A DNA stretch of 64,000 nt from an uncultured Desulfospira sp. (GTDB lineage Bacteria > Desulfobacterota > Desulfobacteria > Desulfobacterales > Desulfobacteraceae): positions 6,368,001 to 6,432,000 of the forward strand of contig OY760175.1 of assembly GCA_963663165.1 (NCBI GenBank), in the 5' to 3' direction. The notes below the pieces were generated by a model. That model was not told the origin of the DNA. It did not search any database and saw only the letters and a program-made list of their open reading frames with translations. Shown one piece after another: positions 1-9,844 of the stretch (within the stretch, counting starts at the first letter, position 1; each line of letters begins with the position of its first letter). The position numbers were made by a program, and so were the translations under genes.

Positions 1-1456
1 CATCCAGAAAAATAAAGTCATCTCCCTGGGTTATTTTTTCTTTGACTTCCACCGGGGTCAGGGAATTGCCCAGGTTGTTGAGCTTGTTTTCAGCGATGTT
101 GGCAGCCGTGATGATATTGTCCATGGCCGGAGAAAAGGGCGGCGCATAGGCCAGGTCATAAAGGGCAATATCCGTGACCTGGCTTTGGGATGAGATATTG
201 GCGATGGCAATTTCCATTCGTTTGGCCACATCCCCGGGGCCGACGATCTGGGCGCCGAGCAGCCGCCGGCTGTCCTTATCCACCACCAGCTTGATAATGA
301 TCAGTTTTGCCTCGTCCAGGAAATGGGCCTTGTCCGGCGCCGGGCTCAGCACCGTCACACAGTTATACCCCATGGCCCGGGCGGCCTTTTCAGTTAACCC
401 GGTCCGGGATACATTGGTGTTGAACACCCGGCAGATGGCGGTTCCGCATATTCCCTTGAACTCTGAGGGAATGCCGCAGATATTGTCGGCAATAATCCGG
501 CCATGCTTGTTGGCGGTGGACCCCATGGGGGCATAAACCGGTTTCCCGGTGACAAGGCTGATGTTCTGGGCACAGTCGCCGCCGGCATAAATATGGGGGT
601 CAGAGGTTTGCATGTGGGAGTTGGTCCATATGGCGCCGGTTTCCCCGATGTCCAGGCCGGCGTCTTTGGCCAGCTTTACATTGGGCCTGACCCCTACGGC
701 AACCAGAACAAGATCTGCCGGATACTCGGCCTTATCCGTCACCACACGGTTGGCGGTAAGCGGATCATCGCCTTTAATTTGAGTCACCATTTCACCGGTT
801 TTCAAGGCAACACCGTTAGCAGCCAGTTCCTTGTGCAGGTGGTAGACCATTTCAAAATCAAGCAGTCCGCCCATGGCCTGGCCGGTCATCTCAATCATGG
901 TGATGTCCATCCCCTGCTTTTTAAAGGACTCGGCCACTTCAAGGCCGATGAGCCCGGCACCGATAATAATGGCTTTTTTGCCCTTGAGCGGCCCGCTCTC
1001 ATCCCTGATTTTTCTGGCATCTTCAACGGTTTGAAGGAAACGGACATTGGCAAAGTCGGTCCCGGGGATGGGCGGTACCACCGTGGTGCTGCCGACGGCA
1101 AGAACCAGGTCGTCATAGGGGTAGTCTTTTGATTCTCTGGTCAACAGATTGAGTGCTGAAACCATCTTGTTTTCCCGGTCAATGGACTGGACCATGGTAT
1201 GGTTTTCAACCTGAATGTCCTTGACCATTTTAAAAAAATTAGGATCCCGTATGGCACCGGCAGGGGTTGCCATCAATTCACCATAGGTTTTAACCTGTCC
1301 GGAGATATAAAAGGGCAGACCGCATCCGGCATAAGAGAGCATCTCTCCTTTTTCAAAAATGGTCACTTCAGCATGGGGATCAAGGCGTTTGATCCGGGAG
1401 GCCGCTTTGGGGCCGCATGCAACGCCGCCAATAATCAGTATTTTCTTTTTTTTCAT
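1..1456 (-). CDS. FAD-dependent pyridine nucleotide-disulfide oxidoreductase, CoA-disulfide reductase/NADH oxidase family (3' end runs off the window)
   Basis: Absent from the ORF track because no stop is in the window. Manual translation from ATG 1456 gives MKKRKILIIGGVACGPKAASR...SYAGCGLP (FAD-binding motif plus single redox Cys motif). GAGGAG RBS upstream. Confidence 0.9.
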   Translation of the reverse strand, partial: MKKKKILIIGGVACGPKAASRIKRLDPHAEVTIFEKGEMLSYAGCGLPFYISGQVKTYGELMATPAGAIRDPNFFKMVKDIQVENHTMVQSIDRENKMVSALNLLTRESKDYPYDDLVLAVGSTTVVPPIPGTDFANVRFLQTVEDARKIRDESGPLKGKKAIIIGAGLIGLEVAESFKKQGMDITMIEMTGQAMGGLLDFEMVYHLHKELAANGVALKTGEMVTQIKGDDPLTANRVVTDKAEYPADLVLVAVGVRPNVKLAKDAGLDIGETGAIWTNSHMQTSDPHIYAGGDCAQNISLVTGKPVYAPMGSTANKHGRIIADNICGIPSEFKGICGTAICRVFNTNVSRTGLTEKAARAMGYNCVTVLSPAPDKAHFLDEAKLIIIKLVVDKDSRRLLGAQIVGPGDVAKRMEIAIANISSQSQVTDIALYDLAYAPPFSPAMDNIITAANIAENKLNNLGNSLTPVEVKEKITQGDDFIFLD

Positions 1457-1723
1457 TTGAACTCCTCAATTTCAATTCAGGTTCAGCATTCCAACTCATC
1501 TATCGGAACGGTTCCATTCAGCTCAATGTCAGCTGTAACTGTATGGCATAATTCATGCCTGATCACAAGACAAGGAGATTATAACTTTCCTTGACAAATG
1601 GGAAGCTTGTGTCTTAAAAATTCTTATCCCGGGGGACAGATGATTCAATACCTTATTTCAGGGAACGGCAAATCGTCCCTGAACCCCCAGGCTGTTATGT
1701 TTTATCTGCAAAGGAGACGCCCC

Positions 1724-3292
1724 ATGCGTTTTACAGGCCATAACCCGGCAGCCATTGTCTGCCTTATATTTTTCTTATCCGGATTCACAGGCTGTGCAAG
1801 CCTGCCAAAAGATATCCACCGTCAGCCGTCTTTTGCCGTCACCGACGGCGGCACCACCCGGATCGGCCGGTCCGTTGCAGAGGATCTATCGGCCCATCCG
1901 GATCAATCCGGGGTGTTTTTACTGGGCAACGGCCTGGACGCCTTTGTGGGCCGTGCCGTGCTGGCGGGCCTGGCCGAGCGCAGCATTGATGTCCAGTACT
2001 ATATGTTTCACCAGGATACCGTGGGCAAACTGCTCATTGACCAGCTGATCAAGGCCGCCGACCGGGGGGTAAGGGTCCGGATGCTCATTGACGACATTTA
2101 CGGCAGTGAGGCAGATGATGTATGGGCTGCCCTGGATGCCCATCCCCATATTCAGGTGCGGCTGTTCAACCCCTTTTCCCGCAAAACCGCCAAGAACCTG
2201 CAATGGATTACCCGGTTTCAAGATGTCAATTACCGCATGCACAGCAAATCCTTTACCGTGGACAATCAGGCCGCCATTGTGGGCGGCCGCAACATTGGTG
2301 ATGAATACTTTAACGCCGATCCAAACCTTTCCTTTGCCGATCTGGACTGCCTGGCCACAGGGCCGGTGGTCCCCGAGGTGTCCGAGGCCTTTGACCAGTA
2401 CTGGAACAGTGACCCGGCTTACCCGGTTTCGGCCCTGACGGTACCTGCCGGAATAGAACAGCTGGACGATTTAAGACAGCGCATGGCCGCCTTTGCCAAT
2501 GATCCCGAAGCCTCAGCCTATATTGACGCCTTGAAACATTCCAATCTGGCCGGGTCCCTTCGTTCCGGCAGCGACCTGTTTAAATGGGCCAGGGCCAAAG
2601 TGATTCACGACGCTGTCCAAAAAAGGGGATTGACCAAAGACCAGCCGTCGGACCTGCTCATCGCCCAGTTGTGGACGGCCATGGAAAAAGCCAAAAACGA
2701 ACTGCTGATTATCTCCCCTTATTTTGTCCCGGGCAAACGGGGGGCAAAGGCCTTGTGCGACCTTAGCCAAAAAGGGGTAACGGTCCGGATCCTGACCAAT
2801 TCCCTGATGTCCAATGATGTGGCGGCCGTCCACGCGGGATACTCCCGGTACCGCAAACAGCTTCTTGGGGCCGGGGTCATTCTCTATGAGCTGGATGAGC
2901 AGATCAAAAACCAGATTGGGAAAAAGTATACCTGGCTGCCGGGGCTTGGCAAGTCCAGCCTGCACGCCAAGACCATGGTCATCGACCGAAAGGCCATGTT
3001 TGTGGGGTCCATGAACCTTGACCAGCGTTCTTTGTACATCAATAACGAAATCGGCATCCTGTTCTATAATGAGGAAATTGCCGCTGGCAGTGCCCAGGCC
3101 TTTGACCGGGGGATTGACCAGGCCGCTTTTTGCCTGTCCCTTCAAAAAGGCGGCAACGGTGCCGAATCCATCCAATGGCGCATCAATAAGAATGGAAAAG
3201 ACATTGTCTATGATTCAGATCCCTATGCCGGGTTCTGGAAAAAATTGAGTGTGGGGCTGATCCGCTTGCTGCCGGTGGAGTCCCTGCTCTAA
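1724..3292 (+). CDS. Phospholipase D family protein (ClsC/YmdC-like), probable lipoprotein
   Basis: Two HKD motifs (HSKSFTVD, HAKTMVID); lipobox-like FTGC; AAGGAG at 1711 favours ATG 1724 over 1598. Confidence 0.88.
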   Translation: MRFTGHNPAAIVCLIFFLSGFTGCASLPKDIHRQPSFAVTDGGTTRIGRSVAEDLSAHPDQSGVFLLGNGLDAFVGRAVLAGLAERSIDVQYYMFHQDTVGKLLIDQLIKAADRGVRVRMLIDDIYGSEADDVWAALDAHPHIQVRLFNPFSRKTAKNLQWITRFQDVNYRMHSKSFTVDNQAAIVGGRNIGDEYFNADPNLSFADLDCLATGPVVPEVSEAFDQYWNSDPAYPVSALTVPAGIEQLDDLRQRMAAFANDPEASAYIDALKHSNLAGSLRSGSDLFKWARAKVIHDAVQKRGLTKDQPSDLLIAQLWTAMEKAKNELLIISPYFVPGKRGAKALCDLSQKGVTVRILTNSLMSNDVAAVHAGYSRYRKQLLGAGVILYELDEQIKNQIGKKYTWLPGLGKSSLHAKTMVIDRKAMFVGSMNLDQRSLYINNEIGILFYNEEIAAGSAQAFDRGIDQAAFCLSLQKGGNGAESIQWRINKNGKDIVYDSDPYAGFWKKLSVGLIRLLPVESLL

Positions 3293-3322
3293 ACGGTCAT
3301 ACCTTTAAGGGCAGAAACCGGA

Positions 3323-3409
3323 CCGTCTTTGGTTATCCGGCCAGGCAGCGGACACAAAAAAAAATGAAAGTTTTTTCAGAACGTTTGGCAGCGATTTCAT
3401 ATGAAACTT
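3323..3409. repeat. Dispersed intergenic repeat of about 86 bp, copy 1 (copy 2 at 13024-13108)
   Basis: Shared blocks CCGTC(T)TTGGTTATCC, CACAA, AATGAAAGT and TTTCATAT-AAACTT in the same order and spacing. Confidence 0.7.
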
Positions 3410-3422
3410 CAGGACATCAATC

Positions 3423-3983
3423 ATGAGCCAGAAAGACCGTGAAAAGTGGGATGAGAAGTACCGGAACGATTTCGGTGATACGGAGCCGTCAAAGATTGTC
3501 CGGGATTATATTCAACTGGCCCCCAAGGGACGGGCCCTGGACCTGGCGTCAGGGAAGGGGCGCAACAGCCTGTTTCTGGCCCTGCAGGGATTTGAGGTGG
3601 ATGCCGTTGATGTGTCAACTGTGGCCGTGGATGCCATGAAAGACCTTCACCCCCGGCTCCATGCCCGGTGTGAGGACCTGGATACCTGGGATCTGCCGCA
3701 ACAGCAGTACGATTTGATTGTGAGCATCCGGTTTCTGGACCAGCGGCTGTTTCCCCGGATCATTGAGGCCCTTAAACCCGGCGGCATGCTCATTTTTGAA
3801 TCATTCCTTGAAAAGACGCAGTTGACCGGCGAATCCTGCCACAACCCGAAATACCTCTTGTCACACAACGAACTGCTCCACGCCTTTTTGCCCCTGCGTA
3901 TCGTGTTTTACCGGGAAGAAACCCGGCAGGAGGGTGAGGAGGCCATTGTATCCATGGCCTCCCTGGTGGCCTTTAAAAGATGA
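3423..3983 (+). CDS. Class I SAM-dependent methyltransferase (TehB-like)
   Basis: ALDLASGKGRNS SAM motif I; LKPGG motif. Confidence 0.85.
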   Translation: MSQKDREKWDEKYRNDFGDTEPSKIVRDYIQLAPKGRALDLASGKGRNSLFLALQGFEVDAVDVSTVAVDAMKDLHPRLHARCEDLDTWDLPQQQYDLIVSIRFLDQRLFPRIIEALKPGGMLIFESFLEKTQLTGESCHNPKYLLSHNELLHAFLPLRIVFYREETRQEGEEAIVSMASLVAFKR

Positions 3984-4040
3984 TAGGGCTCCGCCGGGAG
4001 CCATGAGGCTCTTATTTACTGTCCAAACACTATTTAAGGA

Positions 4041-5033
4041 TTAAGAACGCGAATGGATCTCTTCTATAGCCTCTTGGGCGGCTTCTTTGAGATCGTCATG
4101 GGACAGATCTGTTAACCTGTCCCGGATCCATTGTCCGGTTTCCCGGTCTCCGGCCTGGCCCAGGGCATAAAGAATGTCCCCCTGGACCGGGGTGTCATGC
4201 CGGTCAAAGGCCTGGATGAGCAACGGGCAGATCTCTGTTGCCAGATCCGGTTGCTCTTCGGCAAGGCTTTCCACCACCACCATGGCCCCTAACCGGACTG
4301 ACCAGATGTCGTGAAGCAGGAGGGCAATAAAGCCGGGAAATATGGCACGGGCCTGAACCATCTGGTCCGCAATCCACTGGGCGTTTCCCTCTTCAATGAT
4401 GTTTTTTAATGACTCGGCGCTTAAGGCGGCCGGGTCCCGGTCCAGGATCATGGCCAGGACCTCCTGGGCCCCGACCGCACCGGTCCACCTGAATTCATTG
4501 TCCAGGATCAGGCAGGGGGCAGACATGACCTTGTCCTTTTGAGCCGCTTCAGGAAAAAGGCTGCCGTCAATGACGGTCAGTCTGATGTTGTCACAGAAGA
4601 CCGCCAGAGAAAACAGCGTGTTGACCATGCCGGGGCAGTGGGGACACTGCTGGGCAATGTAAAGGGTCAGATGGCACGGGATTTTGATTTGATCCAGCTT
4701 TTGTAACACCGCCGTTTCCGGCAAAGGTTCCCGGGAATGGATCAGGGTCAGGCCGTCCAGAAAGGGCACAAGTTCTCGCTCTAAAGGCAGGGCACCATAA
4801 AAAATATTCTCTTTTAAAAAAAGGCCGGGCAGGTTCAAGGAGCGTGCCGGCGGTCCGCTTTCAGATTCACCCGGTAAAATCTTCACACCAGGGGAAAGCC
4901 TGGAAAATGCCTCACAAAAACCGTCAATATGTTTCCGGGCCTCATGGTCCTGGGTGGTGCAGCGGATTTCAAGATTTATATGGCTGTCTTTGTGCCAGTC
5001 CGTGATTATCTGTTTGGCATGGTCGTCTATCAT
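4041..5033 (-). CDS. Thioredoxin-fold protein (AhpF N-terminal-like) with C-terminal HEAT-like repeats
   Basis: CPHC motif; VMSAP cis-Pro loop; helical C-terminus (GDILYALGQAG). Confidence 0.7.
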   Translation of the reverse strand: MIDDHAKQIITDWHKDSHINLEIRCTTQDHEARKHIDGFCEAFSRLSPGVKILPGESESGPPARSLNLPGLFLKENIFYGALPLERELVPFLDGLTLIHSREPLPETAVLQKLDQIKIPCHLTLYIAQQCPHCPGMVNTLFSLAVFCDNIRLTVIDGSLFPEAAQKDKVMSAPCLILDNEFRWTGAVGAQEVLAMILDRDPAALSAESLKNIIEEGNAQWIADQMVQARAIFPGFIALLLHDIWSVRLGAMVVVESLAEEQPDLATEICPLLIQAFDRHDTPVQGDILYALGQAGDRETGQWIRDRLTDLSHDDLKEAAQEAIEEIHSRS

Positions 5034-5185
5034 GGCAAATGCCTTTCCTTAAAATTCGTCAGGGGCTTAACGGGTCTGCTGTTTTCTTTATACCAGCGGG
5101 CCGGCAAATGCCAGGGATATATTGTCGGATTGGAGACTGGAGACCGGAAACGGGAGACCGGATTTGCTGTATTGATAGGTCGGTC

Positions 5186-5254
5186 GTAGGGGCGATTCAT
5201 GATTCGCCCTATCATGAATAACCCTTACGTGGGCAATTCATGAATTGCCCCTAC
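5186..5254. repeat. REP-like inverted doublet (GTAG family)
   Basis: GTAGGGGCGATTCATGATTCGCCCT ... GGGCAATTCATGAATTGCCCCTAC: two palindromes with GTAG/CTAC feet. Confidence 0.8.
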
Positions 5255-5352
5255 ACCATCATTACCTGTCATTATAATAATCCAAAATTCAATTATACTG
5301 GAGATTACCTTGCCCAATAGCTTTTTCCCGGCAAATCGTGTACATAGATTTC

Positions 5353-8300
5353 ATGAAATTCATATCCGATCTTCACATTCATTCCAAGTACTCCAGGGCC
5401 ACGGCCAAGACCCTGGATTTTGAACACATTTACCAGGCCGCACGGATTAAAGGGATCACGGTGGTGGGCACCGGGGATTTTACGTTTCCGGCCTGGGTGG
5501 ACGAGATTGAAACCAAGCTGGAACCGGCCGAACCGGGCCTGTTTGCCTTAAAACCAGAATTTTCAGGACCCATTGACGCCACCATTCCGGAAACCTGCCA
5601 GGGGCCGGTCCGGTTTATGCTCCAGACGGAAATCAGCAATATTTATAAAAAGGACGGCCGGGTCAGGAAAAATCATAACCTGATCTATTTTGCCGATCTT
5701 GAGTCCGTCAAAAGGTTTAACCTTCGCCTGGACCGCATTGGAAACATCAAGTCCGACGGCCGGCCCATCCTGGGGCTGGACGCAGCCAACCTTCTGGAGA
5801 TCATGCTCGAAACCAGCGAGGATGCCTTTTTTGTGCCGGCCCATATCTGGACCCCCTGGTTTTCCATGTTCGGATCCAAGTCCGGGTTTGACAGTATGGC
5901 CCAGTGCTTTGGGGACCTGAAAGACCATATTTTTGCCGTGGAAACCGGCCTGTCTTCAGACCCGCCCATGAACTGGCGGGTCCCGGATTTAGACCATGTC
6001 CGGCTGATCTCCAACTCCGATGCCCATTCCCCGGGATTCTTGGGGCGCAACGCCACGGTGTTTGATACTGATCTGGATTATTTTGCCATGAAAAAGGCCC
6101 TTGAAACCAATGACCCCCAGGGGTTCCAGGGGACCCTGGATATGTACCCCCACCAGGGCAAGTACCATTATGACGGCCACCGCAAATGCAACGTTTGCCT
6201 GAACCCGTCCAAGACCGCCGAATACAGCAATCTTTGCCCTGAATGCGGCCGGCCCCTGACCCTCGGGGTCCTTTACCGGGTCCGGGAGCTGGCCCGGCGG
6301 CCTGAAGGGTTTTGCCCGGAAGACCGGCACGGTTATACCTCTATTATTCCGTTAAAGGATATGCTCTCGGAAATCTTTGAAGTGGGACCCAACACCAAGA
6401 AGGTGACCGGATACTATGACAGGGCCATTGAACGGCTGGGGCCCGAACTTGCCGTTTTAACCCGGATGACTGAAGATGAAATCCGGCAGGCCGGGGTTCC
6501 CCTTTTGGCCGAGGCGGTGTTGAAGATGCGCGACGGAAAGGTGCATATTGACCCGGGATATGACGGTGAATACGGCAAGGTCAAGCTCTTTTCCCCGGAG
6601 GAGAAACGGATCCTTAGAGGGGAGCAAAACCGGTTGTTTGCACCCCCGCCCCGAAAAGTAAAAAGCCCTTCCGATTTAGATTCCCCAAAAGTCAGCCCCC
6701 AAATTAAAAAAAGACCGGCAGCCCTCAGGGGGGAAACCGGCGCGGGAGCGAAGACCGCACCGTCCGGGAAAACCGACCCGGGGCTTTTGGCGGGCCTGAA
6801 CCCGGAGCAGCGGGCGGCGGTAGAATCCGAGTCCCGGGCCGTTCTCATCCAGGCCGGACCCGGCACCGGAAAAACAAGAACCCTGACGGCCCGGATTGCC
6901 TGGCTGGTGTCTGAAAAAGGGGTGGACCCCGGTGCCATCCTGGCCCTGACCTTTACCAACAAGGCCGCTGAAGAACTGTCCCGCCGGATCAAAATTTTTA
7001 TGCCCCAGCAGAGCCAACCGGCCCTTTCCGCCACCTTTCATTCTTTTTGCCTTAATATTTTAAAAGAATACCTGGGGTTTGACGGGGGGCTGGCCGATGA
7101 CGACCTTCGAAAAGAGCTGATTTTTAAGACTGTTGAACAAAACAGAGGAAAAATACGGGACGATTCGGGAAAACCTTGCGGCAAACGGGGGCTTGGCAAA
7201 ATCGCGGCATTGGCCGACCCGTTTATTGCCCAGTGCCGGCAGCAGCTTCTCGGGCCGGATGATGATCTGACAGGGCTTGCTTCTAAGATCAAGCTGCCGG
7301 AAAACTTTAAGGCCATCGGCCCGGAACTGTTCGCGCAAATTTACGGGCAATACGATGAGCAGTGTGCCCAATTAAACCTGATGGATTTTGAGGATCTGAT
7401 TTTCAAATGCCGGCAGGGCCTGGCAGATGATTCTGTCCTTTTGTCACAGCTTCATGACCGGTTTTTGTATATCTTCATAGACGAATACCAGGATTTAAAT
7501 TATGGGCAGTATGAACTGGTCCGGCTGTTGAGCCCCAAGGCCCATCTGCTGGTGATTGGTGATCCGGACCAGTCCATTTACGGGTTCAGGGGATCGGACC
7601 TCACATATTTTACCCGGTTTGAACAGGATTTCCCCGGATGCGAAAAAATCAGGCTCAAGCGCAATTACCGGTCTACCCAGACCATCCTGGATGCCTCCTG
7701 CCAGATGATCTCCAAACCTGACGGAGACGGCACATCCCGGCAGATTTATTCGAACACCACCACCGGCCAGAAGCTGATGATCAAGGAAACCGCCACGGAG
7801 AACGCCGAGGCCGTGGCCATCGGAAAGATGATCGAATCCCTTGTGGGGGGGCTGTCCTTTTTTTCAATGGATGCCCGGTCCGGAACGGTGGATAAGGAAG
7901 CCCCGGACAGGGAATATTCCTTTTCGGATTTTGCCGTTTTGTACCGGACAAGGAAACAGTGCGACACCCTGGCCCGTGTGTTTGAAAAAGAGGGGATTCC
8001 CTTTCAGACCGCCGATAAAAAAGATGACCTGACCCGGCAGGGCGTGGCAGAGATTATCGCCGCCGTCAAATGGGTAACCCGCAGGACCCTTGACGTAACG
8101 GTCTTAAAAAACGGGTTTAACGAAAAAAACCGTCCGGGCGCGGCCCTGGATTCCAGGGACCCTGGGTTCACTGAATGGCTTAGCCGGCTTGAAAAAGGGG
8201 CAGCGGGAAAAAACAGCCGGGAGCTGATGGGGTTTTTTAGAGAAAGTCTGGACAAGGATCACACCTGGGATGAAAACCAGGAATTCAAAGACGGGTATGC

Positions 8301-8739
8301 CACCCTGTTAAACCGGGCTGAACTGTTTACCGATCCGGCGGATTTCATGGACAGTCTGGCCTTAAAACAGGACCCGGACAGCCTGGACGAGTCCGTGGAA
8401 AAGGTATCGCTGATGACCATCCATTCGGCCAAGGGGCTGGAGTTTCCCGTTGTGTTTGTCATTGGCTGCGAACAGGGGATGATTCCCTTTGCCAGAGACG
8501 GCAAGACCGTTGATGATCCTGAAGAGGAACGGCGCCTTTTTTATGTGGCCATGACCCGGGCAAAGGATATCTTATGTTTGACATATGCCCTAAAAAGACG
8601 CATATATGGCACCGTTCAACAAAGGGTAAAATCCCCTTTTCTGGATGATATTGAACGAAGGCTTTCGGAGCTTGAAGCCCGGGCCCCCAAAGCACGGGCT
8701 GTAAAATCCCCAAAGGCTATTCAACTGGAGCTGTTTTAA
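5353..8739 (+). CDS. Endonuclease Q-like (PHP fold, zinc finger) domain fused to a UvrD/PcrA helicase
   Basis: N-terminus has DLHIHSKYS, SNSDAHS, GKYHYDGHRKC, CPECG and GYDGEYG. C-terminus has AGPGTGKT, DEYQD, GDPDQSIY, TIHSAKGLEF and EEERRLFYVAMTRA. Confidence 0.9.
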   Translation: MKFISDLHIHSKYSRATAKTLDFEHIYQAARIKGITVVGTGDFTFPAWVDEIETKLEPAEPGLFALKPEFSGPIDATIPETCQGPVRFMLQTEISNIYKKDGRVRKNHNLIYFADLESVKRFNLRLDRIGNIKSDGRPILGLDAANLLEIMLETSEDAFFVPAHIWTPWFSMFGSKSGFDSMAQCFGDLKDHIFAVETGLSSDPPMNWRVPDLDHVRLISNSDAHSPGFLGRNATVFDTDLDYFAMKKALETNDPQGFQGTLDMYPHQGKYHYDGHRKCNVCLNPSKTAEYSNLCPECGRPLTLGVLYRVRELARRPEGFCPEDRHGYTSIIPLKDMLSEIFEVGPNTKKVTGYYDRAIERLGPELAVLTRMTEDEIRQAGVPLLAEAVLKMRDGKVHIDPGYDGEYGKVKLFSPEEKRILRGEQNRLFAPPPRKVKSPSDLDSPKVSPQIKKRPAALRGETGAGAKTAPSGKTDPGLLAGLNPEQRAAVESESRAVLIQAGPGTGKTRTLTARIAWLVSEKGVDPGAILALTFTNKAAEELSRRIKIFMPQQSQPALSATFHSFCLNILKEYLGFDGGLADDDLRKELIFKTVEQNRGKIRDDSGKPCGKRGLGKIAALADPFIAQCRQQLLGPDDDLTGLASKIKLPENFKAIGPELFAQIYGQYDEQCAQLNLMDFEDLIFKCRQGLADDSVLLSQLHDRFLYIFIDEYQDLNYGQYELVRLLSPKAHLLVIGDPDQSIYGFRGSDLTYFTRFEQDFPGCEKIRLKRNYRSTQTILDASCQMISKPDGDGTSRQIYSNTTTGQKLMIKETATENAEAVAIGKMIESLVGGLSFFSMDARSGTVDKEAPDREYSFSDFAVLYRTRKQCDTLARVFEKEGIPFQTADKKDDLTRQGVAEIIAAVKWVTRRTLDVTVLKNGFNEKNRPGAALDSRDPGFTEWLSRLEKGAAGKNSRELMGFFRESLDKDHTWDENQEFKDGYATLLNRAELFTDPADFMDSLALKQDPDSLDESVEKVSLMTIHSAKGLEFPVVFVIGCEQGMIPFARDGKTVDDPEEERRLFYVAMTRAKDILCLTYALKRRIYGTVQQRVKSPFLDDIERRLSELEARAPKARAVKSPKAIQLELF

Positions 8740-8756
8740 GGCAGGATAGGTTTATA

Positions 8757-9143
8757 ATGAAAGAAAACATAGTAAAGACAATGGCCCTTGAAAACGGTCA
8801 TACCCTTGAAATTCATGATTTTTCAAGAAAGATCGGCGCCGATGCCTGGGTGGTGATCATGGCGGCCAGAATGAAAATAGACATCCATCCCGCTCTGTTT
8901 GACCCCCTGGAGACGGAAGTGGACAACCTGGCCCATATCAAAGAAACCTTAGGGGATCATATTATTTATGAGTACAAAAGTGAACGGAACATGATCATGG
9001 ACCAGGATAAGGACGGGGTTCTGGAAAACCTGATGGACACGTTTTTAAAGAATACCGGTCAATACGTGGCCAAACCCCGGTTTCCCGGGAAATTGGTTTT
9101 AAAGGAGTACAAAGCCAGGATTGAAAAGAAACGTTACCGTTAG
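8757..9143 (+). CDS. Hypothetical protein
   Basis: 128-aa ORF co-oriented between the helicase and transglycosylase genes, with an RBS-like AGGA. Confidence 0.7.
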   Translation: MKENIVKTMALENGHTLEIHDFSRKIGADAWVVIMAARMKIDIHPALFDPLETEVDNLAHIKETLGDHIIYEYKSERNMIMDQDKDGVLENLMDTFLKNTGQYVAKPRFPGKLVLKEYKARIEKKRYR

Positions 9144-9822
9144 CCCGGGAATGAAGGACAAGTATCTTTCGTTCAAAAGACGTTATGGCTTTTATGGCTT
9201 GATGGGGGCGGCTTTCAAAGCAGGGGCAGGCCGCGGCCGGATGCTTGGGGTCATCATCCCGGTCTGTTGTCTGGTTTTCTGTCCTCTCAGCTCAAAAGCG
9301 GACATCTACCGGTATATTGACCGGAACGGGGTGGTTCACTTTACCAACACCCCCACCGAACCCGGTTATGTCCTGTATATGAAAGAGAAACAGGAAAACG
9401 CCGGGGGCGGCAACACCACAGTTGTCTATGACAGCGACGCCTATGATGCCATCATCAAAAGCGCCGGCTCGATTTACGGGGTGGATTTTTTTCTGATTAA
9501 AGCCGTGATCCGGGCTGAATCCAGTTTCGACCCCCAGGCCGTGTCCAAAAAAGGGGCCAAGGGGCTCATGCAGATCATGCCGGAAAATTTTCAATCCCTG
9601 TCCATCGACGATCCCTTTGATCCCGCCCAGAATATCCTGGGCGGAACCTGTTACCTGAAAAAAATGCTGGACCGGTATGACAACAACCTGACCCTGGCCT
9701 TGGCCGCTTACAATGCCGGTCCCACAGCCGTGGACAAGTACCGGAAAATCCCGCCCTATGAAGAAACCCAGACCTATGTCAGGAAGGTCATGACATTTTA
9801 TTCTGAATACAAAAACGCCTGA
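9121..9822 (+). CDS. Lytic transglycosylase (SLT domain, N-terminal DUF4124-like); start uncertain
   Basis: AESSFDPQAVS, GAKGLMQ, ALAAYNAG and ETQTYV motifs. Confidence 0.88.
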   Translation: MKRNVTVSPGMKDKYLSFKRRYGFYGLMGAAFKAGAGRGRMLGVIIPVCCLVFCPLSSKADIYRYIDRNGVVHFTNTPTEPGYVLYMKEKQENAGGGNTTVVYDSDAYDAIIKSAGSIYGVDFFLIKAVIRAESSFDPQAVSKKGAKGLMQIMPENFQSLSIDDPFDPAQNILGGTCYLKKMLDRYDNNLTLALAAYNAGPTAVDKYRKIPPYEETQTYVRKVMTFYSEYKNA

Positions 9823-9844
9823 AAATATTCCGGCCCGGTTGCCA

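Noticed and set aside
503..1594. Plus-strand ORFs 503-1132 and 1199-1594
   Set aside because: Antisense to the real minus-strand oxidoreductase gene (1-1456).
1658..1683. Hairpin containing GGCAAA as a c-di-GMP riboswitch
   Set aside because: It lacks the second stem and conserved spacing of the GEMM motif; it appears to be a simple hairpin.
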